From assembly GCF_964355755.1 (NCBI RefSeq), contig NC_092674.1:31062001-31126000 (forward strand): a stretch of 64,000 nucleotides of DNA, written 5' to 3'. Positions within the stretch are counted from its first letter, which is position 1; each line of letters starts with the position of its first letter. Positions 13,581 to 26,100 of the stretch are shown piece after piece. Source of the DNA: Antedon mediterranea (Eukaryota > Animalia > Echinodermata). The notes below the pieces were generated by a model. The model searched no databases. It was not told where the DNA came from and was given only the letters and a program-made list of their open reading frames with translations. The position numbers and the translations under genes are program-made.

Positions 13581-14348
13581 TTTCAAATTCAAATATAACG
13601 TAAATTATTTTGGTTTACATCTTTCATTTCCTACTTATAACACCACTAGTCACAGATGCTAACTATGAGCATATCTTGTAATGTTTATTTTAATTTTCAT
13701 GGATGGAATAACGGTCGTATTCCCATGGTTCAGCAGCTTTCTTGCATAATACGCGTACATATGTTGATTGGTTGATGGCAAAACAACAGACTACCCCATT
13801 CATAGACAACGTATCTCTTTGACAGTCTCTGTATACATTGGACAAGCATCCATTGACATCCAATCAATACAACTTGTTTCCACCACAACAAGTTTCTATG
13901 GTGATGAGCTGCTGTGGGCTACATTACAATAGCCCAGGAATCATTTTCTTAATTAATTTGTTACAAATCATAAAATCAATTTGTTGAAGAAACATTTCGT
14001 TGCTGGAATCACAAATGTATTGATTGGAATGAAATTGATAGTATGAATGGTGGCAGAAAGCTAAATGCCTCTTGTTATGGTTGCAAAACAACTCTTACTT
14101 TCTTTATATCCACGTTCTTTTTCGGTGTTTCTCATTCATTGTAAAGTTTCTTCTTCTCATTTAAAGTTATTTCAGAAGTAAACAATTTAATCGCCTTTCA
14201 CTTCACCCAAATATTTGAATATTGGAAAATATATGTTATTATATTTTCCTACATAAATATATCTGCTTTTGCAGTTTTTCTTTTAGATTGCAATATATTT
14301 CGTAGCAGATTAGAGTTAGTAAATATCATTCCTATTTAAGCTGAATTC

Positions 14349-14380
14349 AGCTTGGTTCCCACATGGACGCAATGCAAACC
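14349..14380 (+). mobile_element. MITE family B terminal fragment
   Basis: AGCTTGGTTCCCACATGGACGCAATGCAA matches the left end of 22954-23090. Confidence 0.6.
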
Positions 14381-14901
14381 TAACATGACTGGACATCTCG
14401 CAAGAATCTTCTCAGACTTCATGAAGGTAACTCACAGAATTTTCATAATCCCTGAAAATTATGTTTTAAAGATATTCAATTTCAATGCCTTGAATGCGAA
14501 ATGCAATTTAAACAAAAGTATTCTAAAAATCCTTTTAGAAATTCAGAATCTTGGTGCCTTACTTCAGTTAGGCCTATTCATGGTTTTGTATGTAACAGTA
14601 TTGTGTATTGGTTGTTATGATCAGAATACAAATACATTTTTTTTCTTTTACTAGAGGTTTACTGACTTTCACTCCATTCTACTATTCATCTCTCCACTTT
14701 CTATTCTCATTTTTCGTTCTTCAAACTTTATTGTCATGACACAATTATGAGTTATGTTCTACAACTTGTAAATAAAAAGCTGAAAGCTCAAACTCCTAAT
14801 TGTCCATCTCCATGCTTTAGACCCTTATTACCATTGGTGTTTTTACCTTATAGTGTTTGAGAGCAATTTCATTGTCTTCGTAGACAGAATGATAAGGTAA
14901 C

Positions 14902-15007
14902 GGGACGATTCGCCCCTGAGACGATTCGGCCCGGGACGATTCGGCCCTGGGACTATTCGGCCCGGGACTATTCGGCCCGGGACGATTCGGCCCTGAGACG
15001 ATTCGGC
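14902..15007. repeat. GC-rich 15/16-bp tandem repeat (GGGACGATTCGGCCC), about 7 copies, probably inside a non-autonomous transposon
   Basis: Directly visible. It produces the spurious GRIVP/GPNSP ORFs. Confidence 0.85.
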
Positions 15008-15607
15008 ACACTTAAATTTATCGGCTTTGATATGCATTTTACAAGCATAAAATAAGCTTTTTCCCCAAACTTTATTTCCAGAGAGACTATGGGGTAGTAC
15101 TACTAGGGATAAAGATGCAATAAAGCAAACATTGTCATGGGATAACTACCATTACTTTGAGGGTGAAATTTTCTTTTGAAATTTAAAATGCAACTTTTTT
15201 TCTACTTCAAAATCTTTTAGAAATATTGATAAAAACTCACCAATTGTTCACAATTCTATATACAATTATTACATTCAGATAGTATGTTGCTTTTGCTCTT
15301 AAAAATATGAATTGAATATTTAATTTAAATTGCTATATTATTTATCATAATCAATAATCTGCTTTCATTAGTAGTTTTTACAGACATTTAATTATTGAAA
15401 GCCATTTGATTAAATAAATGCATTACAATCAATAATGATAAATGATAAACCAACCTTCAAATTCAATATGAAACAAATTAATAAATGTATTGACAAGGAA
15501 TAGGAAGTGTTTGGAACTGTTAAGGTTTTACATGAGTATCTGTAGCTGTGTTCACTAATCTTACTTAAGCAAGATATTCTCCTTAAATACTATGTATTTC
15601 ACTTAAG

Positions 15608-15733
15608 CAGAGCCATAGCAAGCATGAGGCAGAAAAGGCGCTCGCCAATTCCCCACACAGCTCGTCTTATTTTATATAATTGTATTTAAAGCATCTTTGC
15701 CTCGTCTGTTTTTAACCGCTCACTACAGCTTTG
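15608..15733. mobile_element. Degenerate MITE with CAGAGC-type TIRs
   Basis: Imperfect inverted ends CAGAGCCATAGCAAGC / GCTCACTACAGCTTTG, with CTTAAG on both flanks. Confidence 0.5.
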
Positions 15734-17025
15734 CTTAAGTCAATAAATATTTAATAATTAGTGTACTAAAAATGAGAATTTTTAGATTTGAAGGGAAAGT
15801 GTTTCCCTAATTTTAAAGGGGAATATAGCTACTGGGCCTCCACATCACAACAATTAGCAGATTTGCCTTTTCATTTTATCTATCTAATTCTATCCTTCAT
15901 GAAAACTAAATGAAATTATATACTGGTTAGCAAGATATAAAGATGCATTTCATGTGCGCAGTAGATTGTTGACTACAGATCTGTACTAAGAAAATATTAA
16001 GTTACTGATTAGTAGCAAGATTTTCCTTTAAGTACCATGCATTACGATAATAGCATTATTCGTCCACTCCTGTATAGTGATGTTTAGTTCAACAAGACTT
16101 AAACTAAGACACAATATAGGAGATACATCTCAGGCTTACTGTCCATGAGTATTGTGATCTGGGGTGATTTACGTGCCTCTCAATTCGTCATCCCCACGGG
16201 GTCGTACTGTTAAACAGCAAACTCTACAACTCAATGACACAGAGTATTTCTAAAATACCAATGCTGAAATTGTCTAATACAGTAATAAATCCAACAAAAA
16301 CACTCATCAATTGTGGTTTCTATGTCATATTTGAGATGATTGCTTACATTTTATTCTTGGTATATTGGAAAATGTTTTAAAAGGGGAATATTTCAGTCAA
16401 TCAACACATTCACTCCTGCATTTCCCCTTACCCCACCCCTTTCATATCCTTCCTTAACCCTTGCCCCCCTTTCACCACCTCCCACTTTCTTTATAATTAT
16501 TTTTGGGAGATTTGTGGTCATGATAGGTTGTATATTGATTATATTTTGTGTGTTGTAACTATAATGTATTATACTGAACTGGAGGGCAGGGAGTTGCCAC
16601 AGTAAACGGTTACAGTAAATTCATCAATTACAAAATTTAAAACAAAATTCAATAACTAATTTTCAATGAACAGTATAAAACTATACCTTTACAAATAGAT
16701 AGAATAAGTAATATAGTTAAGGAAAGAATTTAGGAATATTTACTGCTTTTCTGCATTTATTTGTTAATGTACACTCAAATTGTAACATACACTTCATCGG
16801 TTATCTTTTGCTCTCAGGAGATACAGTTTGTTTGTTGAGAGATCTTTTTCTGCCTTTGTTTTGCCTTTCATGACACTTTCCTTAATTGAAAAAATTAAGA
16901 TAAATGGTGCTATGTCGTGAACCAAATAAAACAAAACATTTAGAGATGAATAAATAGATTCATGATTCTACTCAAGCTCAGAACAAATAGCTTTCAAAGA
17001 ATATTAATTCTTTGAAATTGCATTA

Positions 17026-17199
17026 AGCTCTGTCTACAAATATGGTAGTGATATGACCAAATATGGTAGTGATATGACCAAATATGGTAGTGATATGACC
17101 AAATATGGTAGTGATATGACCAAATATAGTAGTGATATGACCATATATAGGCAAATCACATTCTTTTGTCACAGAAAGTTTGATAGTGTTAAAAGAGCT
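17026..17199 (-). mobile_element. MITE family A copy with expanded 21-bp array and internal deletion
   Basis: AGCTCTGTCTACA joins directly to 5 x AAATATGGTAGTGATATGACC. Right end is AGTTTGATAGTGTTAAAAGAGCT. Confidence 0.85.
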
Positions 17200-18660
17200 T
17201 CAGTAACTCATGTGGTTTAAGTTTGAACCAAAAACCCAAATGTGTTTCATCACATTTTTAGATTGGTATTTCATCTTCATTTTATAAAACATATGCGTTT
17301 CTGGAAAATTTATTATTGAGCCGATTAACCCAGATAGAAAAGATTTGTAGGGAGAAAGGTGACATGTTTTGATGTCAGTTGGAAGAGATAAATAGTTTCC
17401 TAAATAATTGCTAAATCTTCATCTTTAATTTTTTGTTACATTAATTTCTGGAAAATTGTATAAATACAGAAACCATCAAAGTGTAAGTGCACAAGAAAAA
17501 AAAACATATTCATGGTTTATGTATTATATAATTTAGAAGAAAAATTATCTCTGTAATAAAATTGAAATAATTCATACGCAACCCCCGAAGGTTTTCAAAT
17601 GAATAGATTGTTTTTATTTTGCGTTTTCTGAAAGATTGTATCATTTATATTGCGCATAAATTTATATTTGATTTATTGAATACGCCAAAGCATTCCTTTG
17701 ATATAATGTATCAATTATCAAGGTTTATTGCATATCAAATAGGTTTTCTGCATTTTTTAGTGAAACCATCAACATACGATTTATGAAGTTTTTTATAGTG
17801 CCGATTTTTGTATATTGATTCTGAATATTTAACTGAATTTTCCTAACATCTGCTAATAAATTTATTCTGAATAATCAGCATTGACTGGCACACCAAGTTT
17901 ATTATTTTTATATATGAAAGATAATATAATAATGTATGGAAAAATCCATTGTAGGGATGGAAGATTATATTTGATATGATTTAACATAAAAACTACAAAC
18001 ATGGTATGTTCCCTGCAATGAAGAAAAGTGGTTAAGAAAGGTAAAAGAGAATTTACTATTTTGTATTCTGCTTATTGTTCCCTGTCAGAGAAAAATAACT
18101 CGACCATAAATTGAAAGAATTATTATTATTATTATTATTTATTTAGGCAAAATATAAAAAAAAAATATAATACAAATCAATAAATTAAACAAACAAGATG
18201 CAAGGAGGAAACATAAAATCATAGTCACTAGCTGCCAGGAGAGCACAAAAGCAGCCTAAGCCACTGTCACCAATTAGATGTGTACATCTAAATTTAAAAC
18301 TGAATTGAAACAATATTACAAAATTAAACATAGATAAATTATTATTGTGCCATTATATCAGATGTTTTGCTTATATGCTTATATATTTATGAACCCTGTC
18401 TTATAATGTTTGTTTTGTTAAAATTGTAATTACTATCTTTTTAGGGACCACATTGGAATTAAGTTGTTTTACTTTAAACGACTTTATGTGTTTTCCCGTG
18501 CATCGTCAGACTTCATTAATCCTGCCTTTTTTATTTGCTTTTTTGATGTATTTTAATATTTAAGGTGATAATATATATTATTGATGTATTTTTAATGTTA
18601 TGTATTGAGATGCCAAATAAATGAAAGAAATGAAAGAAAGAAATGACTACTAAACTAATG

Positions 18661-18956
18661 AACACCGCAAGAAAGGGAAGAACACCTAAAGAAAGGGATG
18701 AACACGGCAAAAAAGGGAAGAACACCTCAAGAAAGGGAAGAACACCTCAAGAAAGGGAAGAACACCTCAAGATAGGGAAGAACACCTCAAGAAAGGGATG
18801 AACACCGTAAGAAAGGGATGAACACCGCAAGAAAGGGATGAACACCGCAAGAAAGGGATGAACACCGCAAGAAAGAGAAGAACACCTCAAGAAAGAGATG
18901 AACACCTCAAGAAAGGGATGAACACCTCAAGAAAGGGAAGAACGCCTCAAGAAAGC
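18661..18956. repeat. Minisatellite, 20-bp purine-rich unit (AACACCTCAAGAAAGGGAAG/ATG), about 15 copies
   Basis: Directly visible 20-bp period. Confidence 0.93.
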
Positions 18957-19744
18957 CTTTATAAGGCAAGATTATCATCTCAGTGTTACATCACACGCTT
19001 ATTTCCAGTTTATTACCTTTAGTTGAAGGAACAAACTCCCAAGAGGATCCTATCTATTGATTATAGACAGAACCAAAGGTGTAGATTTACTTTAATCTGT
19101 TGTCAATTACAGAAATAATCCCTGTAAATCCAATTGTAATCCCCATAAATCCAAGTAAATTCTGTACATAATGAACCGGCGATGCTGACCGTATTATATG
19201 GAATGTAATTTGATGTTATGAATGTTGTATGATTGATATTAAATCTTTTGTGCATGCCGTTTTAGTTGCGGTGTGGTAAACACAAGAAAAATTGGCACGT
19301 GTGTGTTGGGGACATGCATCTGAGACAGATGACGCAAGATTGGAAATAAATATGAGAGAAATAAAATGAGAAAATTATTAAAAGATTGTTTTAGCTCCTC
19401 ATTGTTCTGATTTCAAACTAAGTCAATAGTCAGAAGTGCTCTTAAAAAACTAGACAACAGTAATGTTTCACATTTTTTCTTAATGCATATTAATCAATCT
19501 GTATGCACCCAGATTCCAGTGTATTTTCAGTTGCTATTAGGTTACTTGGTCTGGGTACAGTAGTATTTTTGGGGAATAAAAGAACTCCATGTAATAATCC
19601 TTGCTATGTGCTTGATGTCCATTCTGCAGCATCTATTATCTCATCATGATAGGTTCACAAGATGATTTAAGTTATCCAGGGTTTTATTTTTAAAATGAAG
19701 TTAAAATTAATTAAATTGTAAATTTTCATTATAGAAAGTAATCA

Positions 19745-20108
19745 TTGACTCAGAAATACCGGGATGGTGTCCGGCGGGGGATAGTTTAACCCTAGCTTAA
19801 GTTGTGCATGCTTCATTTACTCTCTATTCTTAATTCTGGCCCCGAAACCTTGACTCAGAAATACCGAGATGGTGTCCGGCGGGGGATAGATTTACCTTAG
19901 TTAAGCATAGTTAAGCTTAGTTACATTTTTTTTCCTTCACATTATTGATTCATGTCTCCATCCCCGAAACCTCGACTAAGAAATACCGGAATGGTGTCCG
20001 GCGGGGGATAGTTTATTACCATTAGTTAAGGTCCTATGTAAAGCACCTAGAGGGGACAGTGATCCATTAGGCGCTATATAAATACTGTTTATTATTATTA
20101 TTATTATA
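19745..20108 (+). mobile_element. 3' end of a LINE/SINE-like retroposon with three conserved 45-55-bp repeats and a (TAT)n tail
   Basis: Three copies of (CCCCGAAACC)TTGACTCAGAAATACCGGGATGGTGTCCGGCGGGGGATAG. These are followed by TGTAAAGCAC...GGCGCTATATAAATAC...(TAT)n, a typical L2/CR1-group-type tail. Confidence 0.65.
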
Positions 20109-22953
20109 GTAAATTTTAAGTGAGGTTTTCATTACATAAGATAAAATGATTTTGACTAATTTTGTTACTACCTGTACTACTTTGAATAATTCTTTAATAT
20201 TATAGTGTCTTTATTATAATTAGTTTATTGGTTTGATGTTTAATGCTCTTAATCCGTTGAACATGTTGTATCTCACATTGTTTAATCCATCATAATTGGA
20301 CATGATGTATGTAATCTCTACTCAAACTCATCAGCTTATAATGCTCCATCATTGATGTTGTGGCAGTCTTGTAGATCTTGTGAACTCCAGCTCACACAAC
20401 GTGCGAGAGTAATGGCTTGTACGAAAGTTGTAGAAAGTATTGCCGATTAGTATTATGTTTTGCACGCTGTAAGGAATAAACATGTAATGGTCGCTTTGAG
20501 GGGTTTCCCAAGAGAAAATCATTCAGGTGTGTCATGTTGCAGAAGAACTAGAAAATAAGGAGATTGAATGTAATTTATACATATTCGGATGTCATTAGTG
20601 TTTTAGCACGCTCTAGATGTCTGGTTGTCGGTCTTGTATGGTCTCATTTTTGTGTTTGCCGATTACTTAAAAGATCCCATGAGCTGTGACTAAATTCAAT
20701 TACTGTCACTGCAAATAATAATTAGTTTTCTTTCTTTTGCTGCTTTTTAAAATTTTTGCTTAATTTGATGCATGGACATTTTTTAAACATCCATATTATT
20801 TTATATCCATGTCTCAAGACAATTAGTTGCATAAATATTAAATTTTGATTTTTTAAAAGTATATAGTGCTCTTCCTAACAGCTGTATAGTAAGTTCATGG
20901 ATTCATTCCTAAAATAAAAATATCTAAAATTAGATACAAATATTCATAATGTAAACATTAATGATAGGTAATGAAATGATAAATGTAGTTTTTACAAATT
21001 AAAACATTGCTAGACTCAACCAGATGTATAAATGGGTGCATTTGAAATTGTCGTGAGATTTCATACTTGTATTATTGCATTGTTTGGACCTTGGCATACA
21101 GTAATAGTATATAAATATAGTTTTATAAAAATAAACTGAATGTTAAATATAGTTGTGAGGTCTTACTTAATATAGTAAGTCTATTGTAATATGTCGCCTT
21201 CAAGTTGTTTTATATTTCTTCACTCATTCCCATAAAATTAATAACAAATGAATTTAGTCTAATAAAATAATTTTATCGATTTTATGTTTGCCTTTCTAAG
21301 CAAATTATTAAAATATAATGTTAGAATTCTTGTTGCCATAGTTACAACGTGATAAAAAATATGAACAGTTGTTTATAAGTACACTAAACACTAGTAAGTT
21401 TTCACTATCTCAACGCGATGTTTATCGTCATTAAAATTGATATTCTACCTCAAATTTCATAAAATAACATTTTTTATTTCATTTCAGAAAGTATGTGACT
21501 AGTTATATACAAAACACTTCATGTAATTCAATAGTTGCTATATATATATATATTTATAGCTTTTATAGATATATAGTTGTTATAGATATTTTTTTGTTAA
21601 AATATACAGTTTATATCCCTTGACTCAGAATAAAATAAATATTACATTTTCGATTAAATAGTATGTAATATTTCTGCTGTAGGGCCCGGAGGAAAATATT
21701 ATACCTGCCATATGCAGTACGTACATTTTATCCTACTGCATTTCTTCTCTATTAGTTCGCTATATCTAGAAAAAGCTATTGCCCATCAAAGTTATGAGCA
21801 CCTGGCCTCATACAAAAGCCATTAAAAACTGCTCATTTTGTGATTGCCTTTTCCTATTGTTTTGTGTGAAACTTTATCCATGACTTTAATACAAGGCAGT
21901 CAATAGAAGCGTAGTATCGTCATTATTTGGTACATAATGGGTTGTGAAAGTACAGATTGGAAATGTTCGATTTCTTGAAAATTACAATGGTACTCTTTGG
22001 TTATAGAATTGTAGTCATGTTGTCAACACTTGGATGACAGTTAATGAGAATTCCATATTTGTTGTTTTTCAGTGTGGAAAAATATTTGTTTTTTTTATTA
22101 GGGGGGGGGGAGGGGGTGGTTGTTTCATATCTAATATCTAATTTGAGGTTCGACCGGAGAATATCAATTTAAAGCATAGGCTTGCTGCACAATGACATTG
22201 GTCAATTATCTTAATTCCAAATAATGTAATGATTAGTACTGGTCAGTTATAGGGTCAGATATTTTGTATGCAAGTTTGTTTTGTATTCAGAGATTCGAAC
22301 CCATGACTAGTAAACTAGAAACTCTAATGCTGTGTTGTGTTGTGTCGTGTCACAATGTAATCAAAGAATTAATGTACAGATACAACTATAATGAATTAAT
22401 GCTGTGGATGCATTAAGATTTATGCAACGTAATGTAAACGGTAACAAATGGAAACAAATTCGCCATTGTTCTATATGACCAATTCGCTTCAGGTACTAAT
22501 TTGCCAAGCAAATTAGTGGAGATGTATCGATGTTGACTTTACAGCGTCACAATACCACATTATCAATGCATAAATAAATCTCAATTCCGATAACATGTTT
22601 TCTATGCTTAAAAAGACGGATAAAAATAAGTGAATAAGTAAATGGCGCATACGTTGAGATCATCACCCTATTATTTGCTTCCATATGTAATCGTTACGAG
22701 CATCTTTCTTATTTAAATACAATCTTATTAATTCAGAATGCTTATTTCATCAATAAGTATGTTGAATAAATTAGATATATTGAGTATGAAGACCTAAATA
22801 TGAAGCATTTGGGGATTTGAGTTGTTTTTAGTATATATTGAGTTCACAAAAATCTCCACGCTGTTACTGAAATTATATAATCTTGCTTTTAACAATGTCT
22901 AGACATTTAATTATTGATTTACTTGGATGAATAAAGACAATATTACTTTTATA

Positions 22954-23090
22954 AAGCTTGGTTCCCACTAGGATGCAATGCAAGTTGACCAATCACACTC
23001 AACAGTTCGAATAATCTATCGCTTATGATTGGTCAAATCACTTTGCAATGTGTTACTTCCTTGCGTTGCCTCTTAGTGGGAACCAAGCTT
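22954..23090. mobile_element. MITE family B, full-length copy
   Basis: TIR AAGCTTGGTTCCCACTA / TAGTGGGAACCAAGCTT, flanked by TA on both sides. Internal inverted pair TTGACCAATCA / TGATTGGTCAA. Confidence 0.88.
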
Positions 23091-23120
23091 TAGAGATAAG
23101 CAATGAAGTCAAGTATACCA

Positions 23121-26100
23121 AAGTTAAACCCCATCTTGCACGACAGACTGATTGTTCCAAAGCAAGTTAAACCCCATCTTGCAGGACAGGCTGATTGTTC
23201 CAAAGCAAGTTAAACCCCATCTTGCAGGACAGGCTGATTGTTCCAAAGCAAGTTAAACCCCATCTTGCAGGACAGGCTGATTGTTCCAAAGCAAGTTAAA
23301 CCCCATCTTGCAGGACAGGCTGATTGTTCCAAAGCAAGTTAAACCCCATCTTGCAGGACAGGCTGATTGTTCTAAAGCAAGTTAAACCCCATCTTGCACG
23401 ACAGGCTGATTGTTCCAAAGCAAGTTAAACCCCATCTTGCAGGACAGGCTGATTGTTCCAAAGCAAGTTAAACCCCATCTTGCAGGACAGGCTGATTGTT
23501 CCAAAGCAAGTTAAACCCCATCTTGCAGTACAGGCTGATTGTTCTAAAGCAAGTTAAACCCCATCTTGCAGGACAGGCTGATTGTTCCAAAGCAAGTTAA
23601 ACCCCATCTTGCAGGACAGGCTGATTGTTCCAAAGCAAGTTAAACCCCATCTTGCAGGACAGGCTGATTGTTCCAAAGCAAGTTAAACCCCATCTTGCAC
23701 GACAGGCTGATTGTTCCAAAGCAAGTTAAACCCCATCTTGCAGTACAGGCTGATTGTTCCAAAGCAAGTTAAACCCCATCTTGCAGGACAGGCTGATTGT
23801 TCCAAAGCAAGTTAAACCCCATCTTGCACGACAGGCTGATTGTTCCAAAGCAAGTTAAACCCCATCTTGCAGGACAGGCTGATTGTTCCAAAGCAAGTTA
23901 AACCCCATCTTGCAGGACAGGCTGATTGTTCCAAAGCAAGTTAAACCCCATCTTGCACGACAGGCTGATTGTTCCAAAGCAAGTTAAACCCCATCTTGCA
24001 GGACAGGCTGATTGTTCCAAAGCAAGTTAAACCCCATCTTGCAGGACAGGCTGATTGTTCCAAAGCAAGTTAAACCTCATCTTGCAGGACAGGCTGATTG
24101 TTCCAAAGCAAGTTAAACCCCATCTTGCAGGACAGGCTGATTGTTCCAAAGCAAGTTAAACCCCATCTTGCAGTACAGGCTGATTGTTCCAAAGCAAGTT
24201 AAACCCCATCTTGCAGTACAGGCTGATTGTTCCAAAGCAAGTTAAACCCCATCTTGCAGGACAGGCTGATTGTTCCAAAGCAAGTTAAACCCCATCTTGC
24301 AGGACAGGCTGATTGTTCCAAAGCAAGTTAAACCCCATCTTGCAGGACAGGCTGATTGTTCCAAAGCAAGTTAAACCCCATCTTGCAGGACAGGCTGATT
24401 GTTCCAAAGCAAGTTAAACCTCATCTTGCAGGACAGGCTGATTGTTCCAAAGCAAGTTAAACCCCATCTTGCAGTACAGGCTGATTGTTCCAAAGCAAGT
24501 TAAACCCCATCTTGCAGGACAGGCTGATTGTTCCAAAGCAAGTTAAACCCCATCTTGCAGTACAGGCTGATTGTTTCAAAGCAAGTTAAACCCCATCTTG
24601 CAGTACAGGCTGATTGTTCCAAAGCAAGTTAAACCCCATCTTGCAGGACAGGCTGATTGTTCCAAAGCAAGTTAAACCCCATCTTGCAGGACAGGCTGAT
24701 TGTTCCAAAGCAAGTTAAACCCCATCTTGCAGGACAGGCTGATTGTTCCAAAGCAAGTTAAACCTCATCTTGCAGGACAGGCTGATTGTTCCAAAGCAAG
24801 TTAAACCCCATCTTGCACGACAGGCTGATTGTTCCAAAGCAAGTTAAACCCCATCTTGCAGGACAGGCTGATTGTTCTAAAGCAAGTTAAACCCCATCTT
24901 GCACGACAGGCTGATTGTTCCAAAGCAAGTTAAACCCCATCTTGCACGACAGGCTGATTGTTCCAAAGCAAGTTAAACCCCATCTTGCAGGACAGGCTGA
25001 TTGTTCCAAAGCAAGTTAAACCTCATCTTGCAGGACAGGCTGATTGTTCCAAAGCAAGTTAAACCCCATCTTGCAGGACAGGCTGATTGTTCCAAAGCAA
25101 GTTAAACCCCATCTTGCAGGACAGGCTGATTGTTCCAAAGCAAGTTAAACCCCATCTTGCAGGACAGGCTGATTGTTCCAAAGCAAGTTAAACCCCATTT
25201 TGCAGGACAGGCTGATTGTTCCAAAGCAAGTTAAACCCCATCTTGCAGGACAGGCTGATTGTTCCAAAGCAAGTTAAACCCCATCTTGCAGGACAGGCTG
25301 ATTGTTCCAAAGCAAGTTAAACCCCATCTTGCAGGACAGGCTGATTGTTCCAAAGCAAGTTAAACCTCATCTTGCAGGACAGGCTGATTGTTCCAAAGCA
25401 AGTTAAACCCCATCTTGCAGGACAGGCTGATTGTTCCAAAGCAAGTTAAACCCCATCTTGCAGGACAGGCTGATTGTTCCAAAGCAAGTTAAACCCCATC
25501 TTGCAGTACAGGCTGATTGTTCCAAAGCAAGTTAAACCCCATCTTGCACGACAGGTTGATTGTTCCAAAGCAAGTTAAACCCCATCTTGCAGGACAGGCT
25601 GATTGTTCCAAAGCAAGTTAAACCCCATCTTGCAGGACAGGCTGATTGTTCTAAAGCAAGTTAAACCCCATCTTGCACGACAGGCTGATTGTTCCAAAGC
25701 AAGTTAAACCCCATCTTGCAGTACAGGCTGATTGTTCCAAAGCAAGTTAAACCCCATCTTGCACGACAGGCTGATTGTTCCAAAGCAAGTTAAACCCCAT
25801 CTTGCACGACAGGCTGATTGTTCCAAAGCAAGTTAAACCCCATCTTGCAGGACAGGCTGATTGTTCTAAAGCAAGTTAAACCCCATCTTGCAGGACAGGC
25901 TGATTGTTCCAAAGCAAGTTAAACCCCATCTTGCAGGACAGGCTGATTGTTCCAAAGCAAGTTAAACCCCATCTTGCAGGACAGGCTGATTGTTCCAAAG
26001 CAAGTTAAACCCCATCTTGCAGTACAGGCTGATTGTTCTAAAGCAAGTTAAACCCCATCTTGCAGGACAGGCTGATTGTTCCAAAGCAAGTTAAACCCCA

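Noticed and set aside
14817-15037. ORFs with GPNSP/GRIVP repeats
   Set aside because: They are artefacts of a 15/16-bp tandem repeat.
22288-22308. tRNA gene (reverse B-box GGTTCGAATC)
   Set aside because: No cloverleaf or A-box is apparent. At most it is a SINE remnant.
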